Part shown: in pieces, positions 20,791-30,797 of the stretch
How the letters are laid out: every line of letters starts with the position of its first letter
Numbering within the stretch: position 1 is the first letter of the stretch
Assembly: GCA_963796105.1 (NCBI GenBank)
Contig: CAWCKJ010000002.1
Coordinates: 224,001 to 288,000, forward strand
Length of the DNA stretch: 64,000 bases
Source of the DNA: a candidate division FCPU426 bacterium
GTDB lineage: Bacteria > Oederibacteriota > Muellerivitia > Muellerivitales > Muellerivitaceae
Direction: 5' to 3'
Translations under genes and position numbers: made by a program
Notes under the pieces: generated by a model
The model's database searches: none
Seen by the model: the letters and a program-made list of their open reading frames with translations, nothing else
Told to the model about the DNA's origin: nothing

Positions 20791-22204
20791 AAAGGGGCTG
20801 GGTTGGTTCGGCTCCCTGGCCGCCCGCATGACCCTCTGGTACGCCCTTTCCGCCTTCGCGCTCGTCCTGACGACTTCCGGTTTCATCTATCACGCCCTTA
20901 CCGACAGCCTGGCCCACGAGGATGATGTCCTGCTTTCTGAAAATGTTAAAAATTTAAACGCTTTGGCCAAAAAGTCCCAGGGTGACCTGGAGGATATCCA
21001 GGAGTTCGTGGGCGAAACTCCAAAGTGGTACAGGGAAATCTCGTTTTGGACGAGGATATTGGACAGCAGTGGGCGGGTCTTGACCGAGACCCCTGGAATG
21101 TCCCAAACTTTGCCCTTGCGTTTGTTTTTGGGAGGTTTGCCGGACGACCGGAATTCCACGGTCCGCTCCGGGGAGGGAAAGCCCTTTCGGATCAGGTCGT
21201 CCCAGGAGGTTTGGCCCGGTAATGCCCCCGCCCGCGTTACCGTCCAAATGGCGATGGACATGAGTTCCGACGAGATCATCCTGAGAAAATTCCGGGCGGA
21301 GCTTATGACCATCCAATGCTTTTCCCTCCTGGCTTGCGCCTTGGCGGGCTACTGGATCGCCCAGAGGGGCATCCGGCCCGTGAGGAGAATGGCGGATACC
21401 GCCGCCCGGATCAGGTCCAGCACACTTTATGAGCGGTTGGGCCGGTCCGGCCTTCCCTCCGAGCTTTCCGACTTAGCCGCGACTTTCAATGACATGCTGG
21501 ACCGCCTGGAAGAATCCTTCGCCAGGCTGTCCCGTTTCAGCTCCGATATCGCGCATGAACTCCGCACCCCCATCCAGAACCTCCGCGGGGAAGCGGAAGT
21601 GGTCCTGAGCAAGGAGCGGGAGCCGGGAGAGTACCAGGACCTCCTGGGTTCCTCCCTGGAGGAATACCAGCGTCTTTCCAGCCTCATTGACAACCTCCTT
21701 TTCCTCGCGCGGGCGGAAAATCCCCAAACCCAAATCCAGCGGGAGGAATTGGACTTGAAAAAAGAACTGGGGCTTCTCCAGGACTTTTACGGCCCATCGG
21801 CGTGGGAATCGGGTATCGCTTTACGGGTGGATGCCCCGGAACCTTTGCGGGCGCACATGGACCGTTCCTTATTCCAACGGGCCGTGGGTAACTTGGTCGA
21901 AAACGCCTTGAAGCACACTTCCTCGGGAGGGAACCTGCTTTTGAAAGCCTCCGCCAGCGATGGAAAAGTTCTTGTGGAAGTTACCGACACGGGAAAGGGG
22001 ATTCCCCCGGACCGGATTTCCAGGGTCTTTGACCGATTTTACAGGGTGGACCCCTCGCGCTCCCCCTCTTCCGGGGGCGCCGGGTTGGGGCTTTCCATCG
22101 TGAAAAGCATCATGGACTTGCATGGGGGGACAGTGGAAATCCGGAGTGAAGTTTCCAAGGGGACCACCGTCACGCTTTTGTTTCCCGCTGTTGGGTCTGT
22201 TTGA
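20768..22204 (+). CDS. Heavy-metal sensor histidine kinase (CusS/CzcS type)
   Basis: 2 TM, HAMP, H-box FSSDIAHELRTP, N/G1/F/G2 boxes. Confidence 0.93.
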   Translation: MSSKTADKKGLGWFGSLAARMTLWYALSAFALVLTTSGFIYHALTDSLAHEDDVLLSENVKNLNALAKKSQGDLEDIQEFVGETPKWYREISFWTRILDSSGRVLTETPGMSQTLPLRLFLGGLPDDRNSTVRSGEGKPFRIRSSQEVWPGNAPARVTVQMAMDMSSDEIILRKFRAELMTIQCFSLLACALAGYWIAQRGIRPVRRMADTAARIRSSTLYERLGRSGLPSELSDLAATFNDMLDRLEESFARLSRFSSDIAHELRTPIQNLRGEAEVVLSKEREPGEYQDLLGSSLEEYQRLSSLIDNLLFLARAENPQTQIQREELDLKKELGLLQDFYGPSAWESGIALRVDAPEPLRAHMDRSLFQRAVGNLVENALKHTSSGGNLLLKASASDGKVLVEVTDTGKGIPPDRISRVFDRFYRVDPSRSPSSGGAGLGLSIVKSIMDLHGGTVEIRSEVSKGTTVTLLFPAVGSV

Positions 22205-22271
22205 GCTTCATATGCTTTGTTGTTCCGTTTGCCGGGGCGTTAATAGGTTTTCACCATCCGCCCCGGAAAAA

Positions 22272-22298
22272 ATTACGCCGCTGTAATTTGGCTGTCAT
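22272..22298 (+). promoter_or_regulatory. Putative CzcR/CopR-type operator for the YncE-COG4705 unit
   Basis: ATTAC-N6-GTAAT-N6-GTCAT followed by an AT-rich -10-like region. Confidence 0.6.
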
Positions 22299-22463
22299 AT
22301 CAATGACTTACCTTGATGTAAAAATAAAATGGGAGTTTATGGAGTCAAAAGGTTTAACGCATATTAATTTGATAGCAGGAGAGTTGTTGAAGCCTGAAAT
22401 TAAGCTTTGAGGCGTCTTAAGGTGTGTTCCTAGTTAAAGTAAAATTTTTTTACGGGGGTCGTT

Positions 22464-23498
22464 ATGAACTGCTTTAAACTGTTTTTGCTGATAGGGCTTT
22501 TGACCGCATCAATAGGCTTGGCCGGCGCGCAGGAGGCGGGGAAGAGCGGATACAAGATCCTCCAAAAAGTTTCCCTGCCGGGGGACGGGGGCTGGGATTT
22601 TCTGACCGTGGACAGCGTGAACCGCCGGGTTTACGTCACCCATAACAACAGCGTGCAGGTGCTCGACGCGGATTCCTTGAAATTGGTGGGGACCATCGAG
22701 AACGTGCCCCATCCCCACGGGGTGGTGGTCCTGCCTGATTTAGGAAAAGGCTACGCCACCAGCGGTGTCCCGGGAAGCGTGGTGGTCTTTGACCTGAAAA
22801 CCTTGAAGCGTATTACCGAGATACCGGACTCCAAGGATGCGGACGTGATTTTCTATGACGAATCCTCTGGGAAGGTTTTGACTTTCAACGGCGACAGCGA
22901 AAATGCCGAAGTTATCGATCCCGCCACCGACAGGGTGGTTAAAACCGTTGAACTGGGAGGGAAACCGGAAGTCGCGGTGTCCGACGGAAAAGGCCACCTC
23001 TATGACAACCTGGAGGATAAAAGCGTGATTCTCAAGATCAATGCCAAGACCATGAAAATCACCCAGCGCTGGCCTTTGGCGCCGGGAGAATCCCCCTCCG
23101 GGCTTTCCATGGACGTAAAAAACAACCGGCTCTTCAGCGGCTGCCACAACAAGAACCTGGTGGTGATGAACGCGAAGAACGGGAAGGTCGTACAGACCCT
23201 GCCCATCGGCGACCACGTGGACGGCACCTGTTTCGATCCCGAATCCGGCACCATTTTCAGCTCCAACGGGGACGGCACCTTGACGGTGATCCACGAGGAT
23301 TCACCGGACCAATACACCCTGGTGGAAAACGTCAAAACCGAACCCGGCGCCAAGACCATGGCTTTCGATTCCAAGACGGGAAGGGTTTTCATGACAACGG
23401 CCCGGATGGAGCCGCAGTCCACGCCTACCGAAAAAGACCCCAAGCCGCACCACAAGCCTGTGCCTGGGACCTTTCATGTCCTGGTATTGGGGAAATAA
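22464..23498 (+). CDS. Periplasmic YncE/YVTN-type beta-propeller protein
   Basis: Signal peptide; PGDGGWDFL; repeated blades (V.V.D...K....I). Confidence 0.85.
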   Translation: MNCFKLFLLIGLLTASIGLAGAQEAGKSGYKILQKVSLPGDGGWDFLTVDSVNRRVYVTHNNSVQVLDADSLKLVGTIENVPHPHGVVVLPDLGKGYATSGVPGSVVVFDLKTLKRITEIPDSKDADVIFYDESSGKVLTFNGDSENAEVIDPATDRVVKTVELGGKPEVAVSDGKGHLYDNLEDKSVILKINAKTMKITQRWPLAPGESPSGLSMDVKNNRLFSGCHNKNLVVMNAKNGKVVQTLPIGDHVDGTCFDPESGTIFSSNGDGTLTVIHEDSPDQYTLVENVKTEPGAKTMAFDSKTGRVFMTTARMEPQSTPTEKDPKPHHKPVPGTFHVLVLGK

Positions 23499-23502
23499 GC
23501 CT

Positions 23503-24264
23503 TTGGAAAAAAACGGGAACGGAATCGCATTGAGCAAGGTTCCCGAGCTGACCTTGCTCTTTTGGATCATTAAGATCGCCGCCACCACCCTGGGTGAGAC
23601 AGGCGGGGACACGGTTTCGATGTCCATGAACCTGGGATACCTGGTGGGTACGGGGATCTTCGCGGTCATTTTCCTGGGGGCCGTCGCCATCCAGATCAAG
23701 GCCAAGAAGTTCCATCCCTATATCTACTGGTTCACCATCATCGCCACCACCACCGTCGGCACGACCCTGGCGGATTTCTCGGACAGGTCCCTCGGCATCG
23801 GTTACGCCGGGGGTTCGGCGATTCTTTTTTGCCTTCTCATGGGCTCCCTCTACGTTTGGAAAAGGACCCTGGGGACGGTAGCGGTGGATTCGGTCAAGGA
23901 CCCGAAATCCGAGATGTTCTATTGGGTCACCATCATGTTCTCGCAGACCCTGGGGACCGCCTTGGGGGACTGGACCGCCGACTCCGCCGGCCTGGGGTAC
24001 CTGGGGGGAGGGGCCTTGTTCTTCCTGCTTTTGGCGGTGGTGGCGGGGCTTTATTACGGGACCAAGATCTCCCGGACCATCCTCTTTTGGTCGGCCTTCA
24101 TCTTGACCCGCCCCTTAGGCGCGGTTTTGGGGGATTTCCTGGATAAGCCCATTGATCACGGGGGGGTGGCCTTGAGCCGTTATTCCGCCTCCGGGGTGTT
24201 ACTTCTCTTCATCTTGGGCTGTATCTTTTTCTTCCAACATCGGCCCGCCCGGAAAGTCCATTGA
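23503..24264 (+). CDS. COG4705 (DUF347-repeat) membrane protein
   Basis: SKVPE...FWIIKIAATTLGETGGD, FYWVTIMFSQTLGTALGD, FWSAFILTRPLGA; TTG start assumed. Confidence 0.88.
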   Translation: MEKNGNGIALSKVPELTLLFWIIKIAATTLGETGGDTVSMSMNLGYLVGTGIFAVIFLGAVAIQIKAKKFHPYIYWFTIIATTTVGTTLADFSDRSLGIGYAGGSAILFCLLMGSLYVWKRTLGTVAVDSVKDPKSEMFYWVTIMFSQTLGTALGDWTADSAGLGYLGGGALFFLLLAVVAGLYYGTKISRTILFWSAFILTRPLGAVLGDFLDKPIDHGGVALSRYSASGVLLLFILGCIFFFQHRPARKVH

Positions 24265-24452
24265 ATTGTCAGCCGCTTCAAGATTTTCCCAAGGAGAAAT
24301 CGGCGCCCAAACCGGCTGGTAAATCCAAACCATTCCGGCCCTAAAGGTGTCAATGCTATGGCTCCATTCAAGTTTTCCATCCCTCTTGCCAGGCCAAAAC
24401 CACCTCGTGAAAAAATAATGGGAAGTTTTGTTATTCCGTTGCGATCCATATA

Positions 24453-25238
24453 ATGTGGAACATGCTCAAACCGATCTTCGGGTTGAAACGATGCTTGAGA
24501 ATGCTCCTCGGAATGGCGGCGGTCCTTAGTTTCGTCCCCGCGGCTTGGGCTGGCCCCCCTTTTGAAACCGACGATCCCGAGCCGACGGAACTGGGCCATT
24601 GGGAAATCTACCTGGGGGGAACCGCACTTCAAATCCAGGACGATTTTTCCGGGACAGCCCCTTTCTTTTCCGTAAATTACGGAGCCTTGCCGGATGTCCA
24701 GTTAAGCCTGACCCCACAAGCTTCTTTTAATTTTCCAACAGGCAATATCCAGTACTTTGGTTTTGGGGATACCCTGGTTGGCCTGAAGTACCGTTTTCTC
24801 CATGAAAGCCCGGATATACCCCAGGCCGCTTTTTTCCCCCAGGTCAATTTCCCCACAGGCGATGCCGGGAAGGGGTTGGGGTTCGGGCAGTACCAGTTAC
24901 TGCTTCCCCTCTGGGTCCAAAAGAGCTGGGGCCCCTGGACCACTTTTGGGGGCGGGGGCTATTGGGTGAACCCGGGAGCCGGCAGCCAGAATTGGGTTTT
25001 CCTGGGTTGGGAAATCCAAAGGGACCTCTCGCCCCTGTTCACCCTGGGAGGGGAAATTTTTTTTCACAGCGCCAATGAAATTGGCGAAAAGGACAGTGTG
25101 GGATTCAATCTCGGGGGATTCATTAATTTCGACCAGGTGAACCACATCGTTTTCTCTGCGGGAAGGGACATCTTCCAGCCCGAGTATCAATTCACGGGTT
25201 ATTTGGCCTACGAATGGACATTCCCCAAGGGTGAATAA
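24453..25238 (+). CDS. Putative outer-membrane beta-barrel 'transporter' (MetA/phenol-degradation-pathway-like)
   Basis: Signal peptide AWA-GPPFETDDPEP; GDTLVGLKYRF; FPTGDA.KGLG.G. Confidence 0.7.
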   Translation: MWNMLKPIFGLKRCLRMLLGMAAVLSFVPAAWAGPPFETDDPEPTELGHWEIYLGGTALQIQDDFSGTAPFFSVNYGALPDVQLSLTPQASFNFPTGNIQYFGFGDTLVGLKYRFLHESPDIPQAAFFPQVNFPTGDAGKGLGFGQYQLLLPLWVQKSWGPWTTFGGGGYWVNPGAGSQNWVFLGWEIQRDLSPLFTLGGEIFFHSANEIGEKDSVGFNLGGFINFDQVNHIVFSAGRDIFQPEYQFTGYLAYEWTFPKGE

Positions 25239-25279
25239 AATAATATTCCATGGTCATATGCTTTAAGAAAAAGTCATTA

Positions 25280-25660
25280 GAACCTATTTCAAAATCAATT
25301 TTGCTTATTCAACAAAACACGAACAATATGGAGTCTCCCCTTCTGTGCTAAAGCACTATGCTGTTCTCATTTTTTAAATTTTATATGAGGAACAGTATGA
25401 AAGAGGGGCATTTCGGTTTGTGGGTACCATAGGGGTTTTCCCTATGAGCGCTTTTGGAACAAGGGGGAGTTAGCCTTTTCGTCATGTTTTATTAACAACT
25501 AATATCCCCTATCCCCCTTTTTCACCCCCATTTCATCCATTTGATAGTTATAAATGAAAAATGGGGAAGTCCCCATCCTCAATGACTTTGCTTTTCAAAG
25601 TGGCATGGGGGAAGGGGGAACCTGCTATCGCCCGTTCAATAGGTATTTTGAGATAGGTTC
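25280..25660. mobile_element. MITE copy A (381 bp), IS5-family-like ends, TA flanks
   Basis: TA-GAACCTATTTCAAAAT ... ATTTTGAGATAGGTTC-TA; no ORF; internal palindromes. Confidence 0.8.
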
Positions 25661-25842
25661 TAAATGATCACGCACCCAATCCCTTACCCGTCGAATTCTT
25701 TATCACAATGTTAAATCTAATTTTGTCCCGTTCAGTCCTGTTGTCGGAAATTAGATTCAACGATAATATTTATCCGGGGAGACTTCTGGGATTGTTTTTA
25801 AACCTAACGGATTTTAAGGTGATTATTTTTTAGGAGGTCCCC

Positions 25843-27825
25843 ATGCGCCGATTCGCACAGAAAAGAAATAATTACATCTGGTTTTACGTCCTTTTCTTAG
25901 GGATCACTGCGGCGGTTATCGGTGCCTGCAGTAGTTCCAAGAGTCCTAGCTCCCCCGCACATTCCTCAGCCACCAGCACCTACACCTACACCCCCTGCAC
26001 GGATGGAAACGGCTACACCTGCACTCCGACTTCAACCAACACGGCTTGCATGGTGAACGGCACGCCCTGCACCAAGACGCAGACTTTCACCCCGACCCAG
26101 ACCTTCACCCAAACATGGACTAATACCCCGACCAACACATCCACGGTCACTTCGACCATCACCCCCTATCCCACCGCGACGGTAGGACTTTACGTCATCG
26201 AAGGACAGGTTCAATACAACGGATCCACCAATTTATCGGGAAAAGCGCTCCAGGTGTGTGGAAGTCCTGGCTTGATGGCCTGCGGGGTAACTTTCAGCGG
26301 CGACACCATTAAAAACGAGCTGTCCGCTCCCGGTCCCGTTGCCTATTCACTCAGTTTTCCAGGGAACGGCTCCTACGTTGTTTGGGCAAATCTTTGCCGC
26401 CCCGAGAACGAGATAGAAGTATTGGGCGGCGTAACGACCACCAGCCTGATCGGTTCCGCTTATGTTAACGCTCCCTACGCGATTTACGCGGGCACGACCA
26501 ACGCATGCTTCAACTCCGGTACCCCCACGACCTTCACTTTCAGCGGGCCCAATACCTTCACCGGCGTCAACCTCACCTTCGGCGACACCTGCGAGTTACC
26601 CGGCATATCCGGCACCATCACCTATACCGGCGCCAACGTGGTCAACGCGCAAAACGCCCTCTTTGTCCAGGCTTATAGCAACAGTAATTACACCGGTGGC
26701 CTCTTTTCTTCGATGGTGTCTGAGAATGGTGGAGCGTTCAAGGTGCTTCCTCCCTTGTGCGGCGGGCCCGTCTATCTCCAGGCCTATTCTTCCCCCGGGA
26801 ATTATTTATTAGCGGACTGCGATCCCGTGACGGACCTGGGTGCGATGGCGGCGAATTACGAGAACATCACCAACTACGCCATCACACTAACCGATGCCAA
26901 CCTGTATAACTGTACTTTCACCGCGACCCCCTCCGTAACGTCCACCCCCACCAATACCGTCTGCACGGATTCCAACGGCTATACCTGCACCCCGACTGGA
27001 ACTTTCACCCCCACCCCCACCAATACCGCCTGCGTGGACTCCAACGGATACACCTGCACCCCTACCCCCACCCCGACTGACACGAAAACACCGACCTCGA
27101 CCTTCACCAGCACCTTCACGCATACACCCACCCACACCTGGTCTCCCACCCCGAGCCCGACGATCATTCCTGACGCTTCCATCGGGTTCTATACCAACTC
27201 CCCCTTAGCGGTCCAAGCGGGTGTGCCCATACCCGCATCGACCAACCTGGCCAACAGCGCCTACGGGGGGACATCCCCCTATTATTACGAGGTGGGCACC
27301 CTCGCGGAGGGGACACCGCCCCTGGGGACCGTGGTGGACCTGAACGGAAACCTGGACGGCACGCCCTCCACCGTCGGTAGCAATGTCTTCGATGTCTGCG
27401 CCGTGGACTCCACCGGCAGGGGAAGCTGCCAGCCCGTCACCGTGGACGTGGTATCGGTGACCGTCACTTCCATCGTCCAGACCCTGGGGACCAAGGTTTT
27501 TGATGGAAACTGCGGCGACTACGGAAATTCCGAATACGTCACCATCACCGTCAACGGAACCGCGGCAGGGCCAGTCAGCACCTACCTCGACCTCGATATC
27601 GCCGGGGGAATGAATTACACCTGCCCCAGTTGGACCGTCGGGACCCAGACGGGACAGTTCTACCGGGCCACCGGCCAACCCTTGAGCGTGTCGTTCTCGC
27701 TCCAATACGTGGATTTCCTGACCAATTGCAATTCGGATACGGGCGGCTATTACAGCGCCGAGGTTGTCGCGGACGGATATGACTTTTTCAGCCTCAACCC
27801 CAATTTCACCGTCTTCTGGCAATAA
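25843..27825 (+). CDS. Thr/Cys-rich lipoprotein with TP tracts and a putative Ig-like domain
   Basis: AGGAGG RBS; lipobox VIGA-C; three C.D.NGYTC repeats; GG.SPY...PPLG....NG.L.GTP...G...F.V.AVDS. Confidence 0.8.
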   Translation: MRRFAQKRNNYIWFYVLFLGITAAVIGACSSSKSPSSPAHSSATSTYTYTPCTDGNGYTCTPTSTNTACMVNGTPCTKTQTFTPTQTFTQTWTNTPTNTSTVTSTITPYPTATVGLYVIEGQVQYNGSTNLSGKALQVCGSPGLMACGVTFSGDTIKNELSAPGPVAYSLSFPGNGSYVVWANLCRPENEIEVLGGVTTTSLIGSAYVNAPYAIYAGTTNACFNSGTPTTFTFSGPNTFTGVNLTFGDTCELPGISGTITYTGANVVNAQNALFVQAYSNSNYTGGLFSSMVSENGGAFKVLPPLCGGPVYLQAYSSPGNYLLADCDPVTDLGAMAANYENITNYAITLTDANLYNCTFTATPSVTSTPTNTVCTDSNGYTCTPTGTFTPTPTNTACVDSNGYTCTPTPTPTDTKTPTSTFTSTFTHTPTHTWSPTPSPTIIPDASIGFYTNSPLAVQAGVPIPASTNLANSAYGGTSPYYYEVGTLAEGTPPLGTVVDLNGNLDGTPSTVGSNVFDVCAVDSTGRGSCQPVTVDVVSVTVTSIVQTLGTKVFDGNCGDYGNSEYVTITVNGTAAGPVSTYLDLDIAGGMNYTCPSWTVGTQTGQFYRATGQPLSVSFSLQYVDFLTNCNSDTGGYYSAEVVADGYDFFSLNPNFTVFWQ

Positions 27826-27901
27826 TAAAACGCTAGCGGCCCCGGTTTGGGGCTTTTTCAATTTATTGTCCCTAAAATCCTAAATTCCTTAAAAGTTACT
27901 A

Positions 27902-28226
27902 GAACCAATCTCAAAATCAATTTTGCTAATTTGACAAACCACGAACAACATGTAGTCTCCCCCTCTGTGCTAAAGCACTATGCTGTTCTCATTTTTTAAA
28001 TTTTATATGAGGAACAGTATGAAAGAGGGGCATTTCGGTTTGTGGGTACCATAGGGGGTTTTCCCTATGAGCGCTTTTGGAACAAGGGGAAGTTGGTTTT
28101 TCCGTTGAGCATTATTAACAGCTAATACCCCCCTGCCCCCTTTTTCAAAGGGGGATTATCACTAGCGCCATACTTTTCGAAATTTGCCAAAGTTGAGCCG
28201 CTTAGAAGTAATTTTGAGATAGGTTC
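27902..28226. mobile_element. MITE copy B (325 bp), same family and orientation as copy A
   Basis: TA-GAACCAATCTCAAAAT ... ATTTTGAGATAGGTTC-TA; first ~200 bp closely match copy A. Confidence 0.8.
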
Positions 28227-28502
28227 TAATAGATACTACCCTCATCCCTTTGGGAACCCTCGACCTGATACCCCGGGAAATCAATCCCATGAGCCATTTG
28301 GAACCTGAAAATTTACATGAATTTTAACATGGACGAAACACATGGGCGCCCAGGGGGGATAACATGTTGTCCTAACGTCCGGCCAAAACCCATTCTCCCC
28401 CCCATCGGCATCGAGCCCCCGGCCTGGTTTAAATCGCTTTCCTTTTCCCTGTGTAAGGCGGCCGGCATGGAGGCAGAAATCCTCCGCTTAAAAGTTTCCC
28501 CA

Positions 28503-29465
28503 ATGATCAATAAGAAAAAAGAAAATGCGGGCCTTATCCAGCGTCTATTGGTGCCGGTACCGCCGGTGGGCCCCGAAGCCCCATGCGAGGAGGTTTACCG
28601 CCTCTTCGCCGAGGACAAAGCCCTCCAATCCATCGCCGTGGTGGAGGACGAGAAACCGGTGGGCTTGGTGAACCGCTACGCGCTCGTGGACCGGTTCTCC
28701 CGGAGATACTTCAGGGACCTATACGCGCTCAAGCCCATCCATTTGATCATGGAAAAAAACCCCCTCATCGTGGACCGCACGGTTTCCCTGGACAACTTGA
28801 GCGCCATTGTCGCGGATGAGGAGGAAAGGTACCTTTATGAGGGCTTCATCATCACCGAGGAAGGGAAGTACCGGGGCATCGGCACGGGCCAAAGGCTGAT
28901 CAAGGAAATCATGGAACAAAAGCAGGCCGACCTCTACCATTTGGCGCACCACGACGCCCTGACGGGACTTCCCAACCGTCTTTTGTTTTACGACCGGCTC
29001 TCCCAGGCCCTCGCGCAGGCCCAGCGCAACGTGAAGCGGTTGGGCGTGCTTTTTATCGACCTGGATCATTTCAAAAACGTCAATGACTCTCTGGGGCACG
29101 GGGCGGGTGACAACCTTTTGAGGGAAACGGCCCTGAGGATTTCGGGGTGCTTGCGCGAGGGAGACACGGTGGCCAGGCTGGGCGGGGACGAGTTCACGGT
29201 TATCTTGACGGACATCGCAAATCCCGCGGACGCGGCCCTGGTCGGGAAGAAGATCATGGAAACCATGGTCCAGCCTTTCTCCCTGTCGGGAAACGAAGTC
29301 CGCGTATCCTGCTCCATCGGGGCGAGCCTTTTTCCGGACGACGGCGCGGACATGGAAACCCTCGTCAAAAACGCCGACACGGCGGTTTACCGCTCCAAGA
29401 AAACCAGGAATTGTTTCTCTTATTTCGGGACGGATGTCCGACAGGAAAAAGCCGGGCAAACATGA
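28503..29465 (+). CDS. CBS-domain diguanylate cyclase
   Basis: CBS pair (IAVVEDEKPVGLVNR; GFIITEEGKYRGIG) plus HDALTGLPNR, REGD I-site, GGDEF; ORF open from 28317, start uncertain. Confidence 0.88.
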   Translation: MINKKKENAGLIQRLLVPVPPVGPEAPCEEVYRLFAEDKALQSIAVVEDEKPVGLVNRYALVDRFSRRYFRDLYALKPIHLIMEKNPLIVDRTVSLDNLSAIVADEEERYLYEGFIITEEGKYRGIGTGQRLIKEIMEQKQADLYHLAHHDALTGLPNRLLFYDRLSQALAQAQRNVKRLGVLFIDLDHFKNVNDSLGHGAGDNLLRETALRISGCLREGDTVARLGGDEFTVILTDIANPADAALVGKKIMETMVQPFSLSGNEVRVSCSIGASLFPDDGADMETLVKNADTAVYRSKKTRNCFSYFGTDVRQEKAGQT

Positions 29466-29477
29466 CCGCCGGGCCCG

Positions 29478-30797
29478 TTAATCCCCGGAAAAGGCCATCA
29501 GCCTTCCCATCCGCTGAAAATAGGTGGGGACCACGTCCACGCAGAGGATGTTGATATTCCCGAGCTTGTCGGTGAAAAGTGTGGAGATGGTCAGGCAAAA
29601 AAGCCCCGTGGCCGGGGAGATATAAGGGTCGGTGGTGAACGTTTTTCGGGTGAATCCTGGCTGGGTGAGGACGTAAAAATAATCCCTTGAGGAATGGTCC
29701 GTCCCCGGGGGGGGCAATTTGAAAAAACCCTTCCGGGCCTGGATATCCCTTTTGCAGGACATGTCCGTCAGCTGGATACCCGACTGGTCAAGGACGTAAA
29801 CGGCCTTCGTGACCGGGTTGCCCAGGATGGTTTGGCAGGCTTTCTCCTGCATTTCCGGCCTGTCCATCCGCGAAAAATCATCGACAAGGTATTGGATGAT
29901 TTGGCCGTAACGCTCGTGCTGGTGCTTCCGGATATTCAGCTTATCCAGCATGTACTTCTTGTAATGCCCCACCACCGAATCCATCTTTCCCGCCATCCCT
30001 TCCATGAAACCGGCGCGGGGCAGCTCGGGTTTGGAAAAATAATAACCCTGGAGGAGGTTGGCTCCCAGTTCCATGGAACACAAAACCTCATCCTCCGTTT
30101 CGACGCCCTCGGCCAGGGCGTAGGCCCCGATCTTGTGGGCCAACTGCACGAGGGCCTTGAAGATTTCCTGCCGGTAATAATCATCCTGGATGTTCGAGAC
30201 CAGGGACCGGTCAATCTTGATGATGTCGGGCTGGATGACCGGGATTCGGTCCAGGTTCGAGTGTCCCTTGCCCACGTCGTCCAGCGCCACCAGGAAGCCC
30301 AGCGCGTGGTGGGCGCGGATGAAGTTGTCCAAGGCCTGTACGTTCCGCACCTTGGATTCCAGTATCTCGATCACGATGTTCCCCGGGTTCAATCCCAAAC
30401 GCCTGCAAAGTTCCGCGAGGTGGGGTGTCCCATTTTCCTGGTCGAGGATGGAAGTCTCGAGGTTGAGGCAGAGGATCAGGTCATGGGGCTGGGGGAAAGC
30501 CCCGCGGAAGCTCTCAAGAATTTTTTTGCGGAAAAGGCGGTCCAGCTCCAGGGTCCGGTTGTTTTCCCTGGCGGTTTTGAGGAGGGCCATGGGAGGAATC
30601 AAGCCGTGTGTCACGGGATGAATTCCACGGGATAAGCCCTCGAACGCCACGATTTTCCTCTCGTGGATCGAGAAGATGGGCTGGAAATGGACTTGCACCA
30701 GTTCCTCATCGAGGATTTTCTGGAATTCGAGTTCTTTGCCGGTGGTTAAAAGCATGGGAAATCTCCTGGGAACGCTATTATCCAAGGAGGGGTCCAA
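29478..30797 (-). CDS. EAL-domain protein with C-terminal sensor (YkuI/Cache-like) domain
   Basis: FQPI...EGLSR, IEILE, ALDDVGKGHS, IKIDRSL, AEGVET, QGYYFSKP; C-terminal TDPYISPATG. Confidence 0.88.
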   Translation of the reverse strand: MDPSLDNSVPRRFPMLLTTGKELEFQKILDEELVQVHFQPIFSIHERKIVAFEGLSRGIHPVTHGLIPPMALLKTARENNRTLELDRLFRKKILESFRGAFPQPHDLILCLNLETSILDQENGTPHLAELCRRLGLNPGNIVIEILESKVRNVQALDNFIRAHHALGFLVALDDVGKGHSNLDRIPVIQPDIIKIDRSLVSNIQDDYYRQEIFKALVQLAHKIGAYALAEGVETEDEVLCSMELGANLLQGYYFSKPELPRAGFMEGMAGKMDSVVGHYKKYMLDKLNIRKHQHERYGQIIQYLVDDFSRMDRPEMQEKACQTILGNPVTKAVYVLDQSGIQLTDMSCKRDIQARKGFFKLPPPGTDHSSRDYFYVLTQPGFTRKTFTTDPYISPATGLFCLTISTLFTDKLGNINILCVDVVPTYFQRMGRLMAFSGD

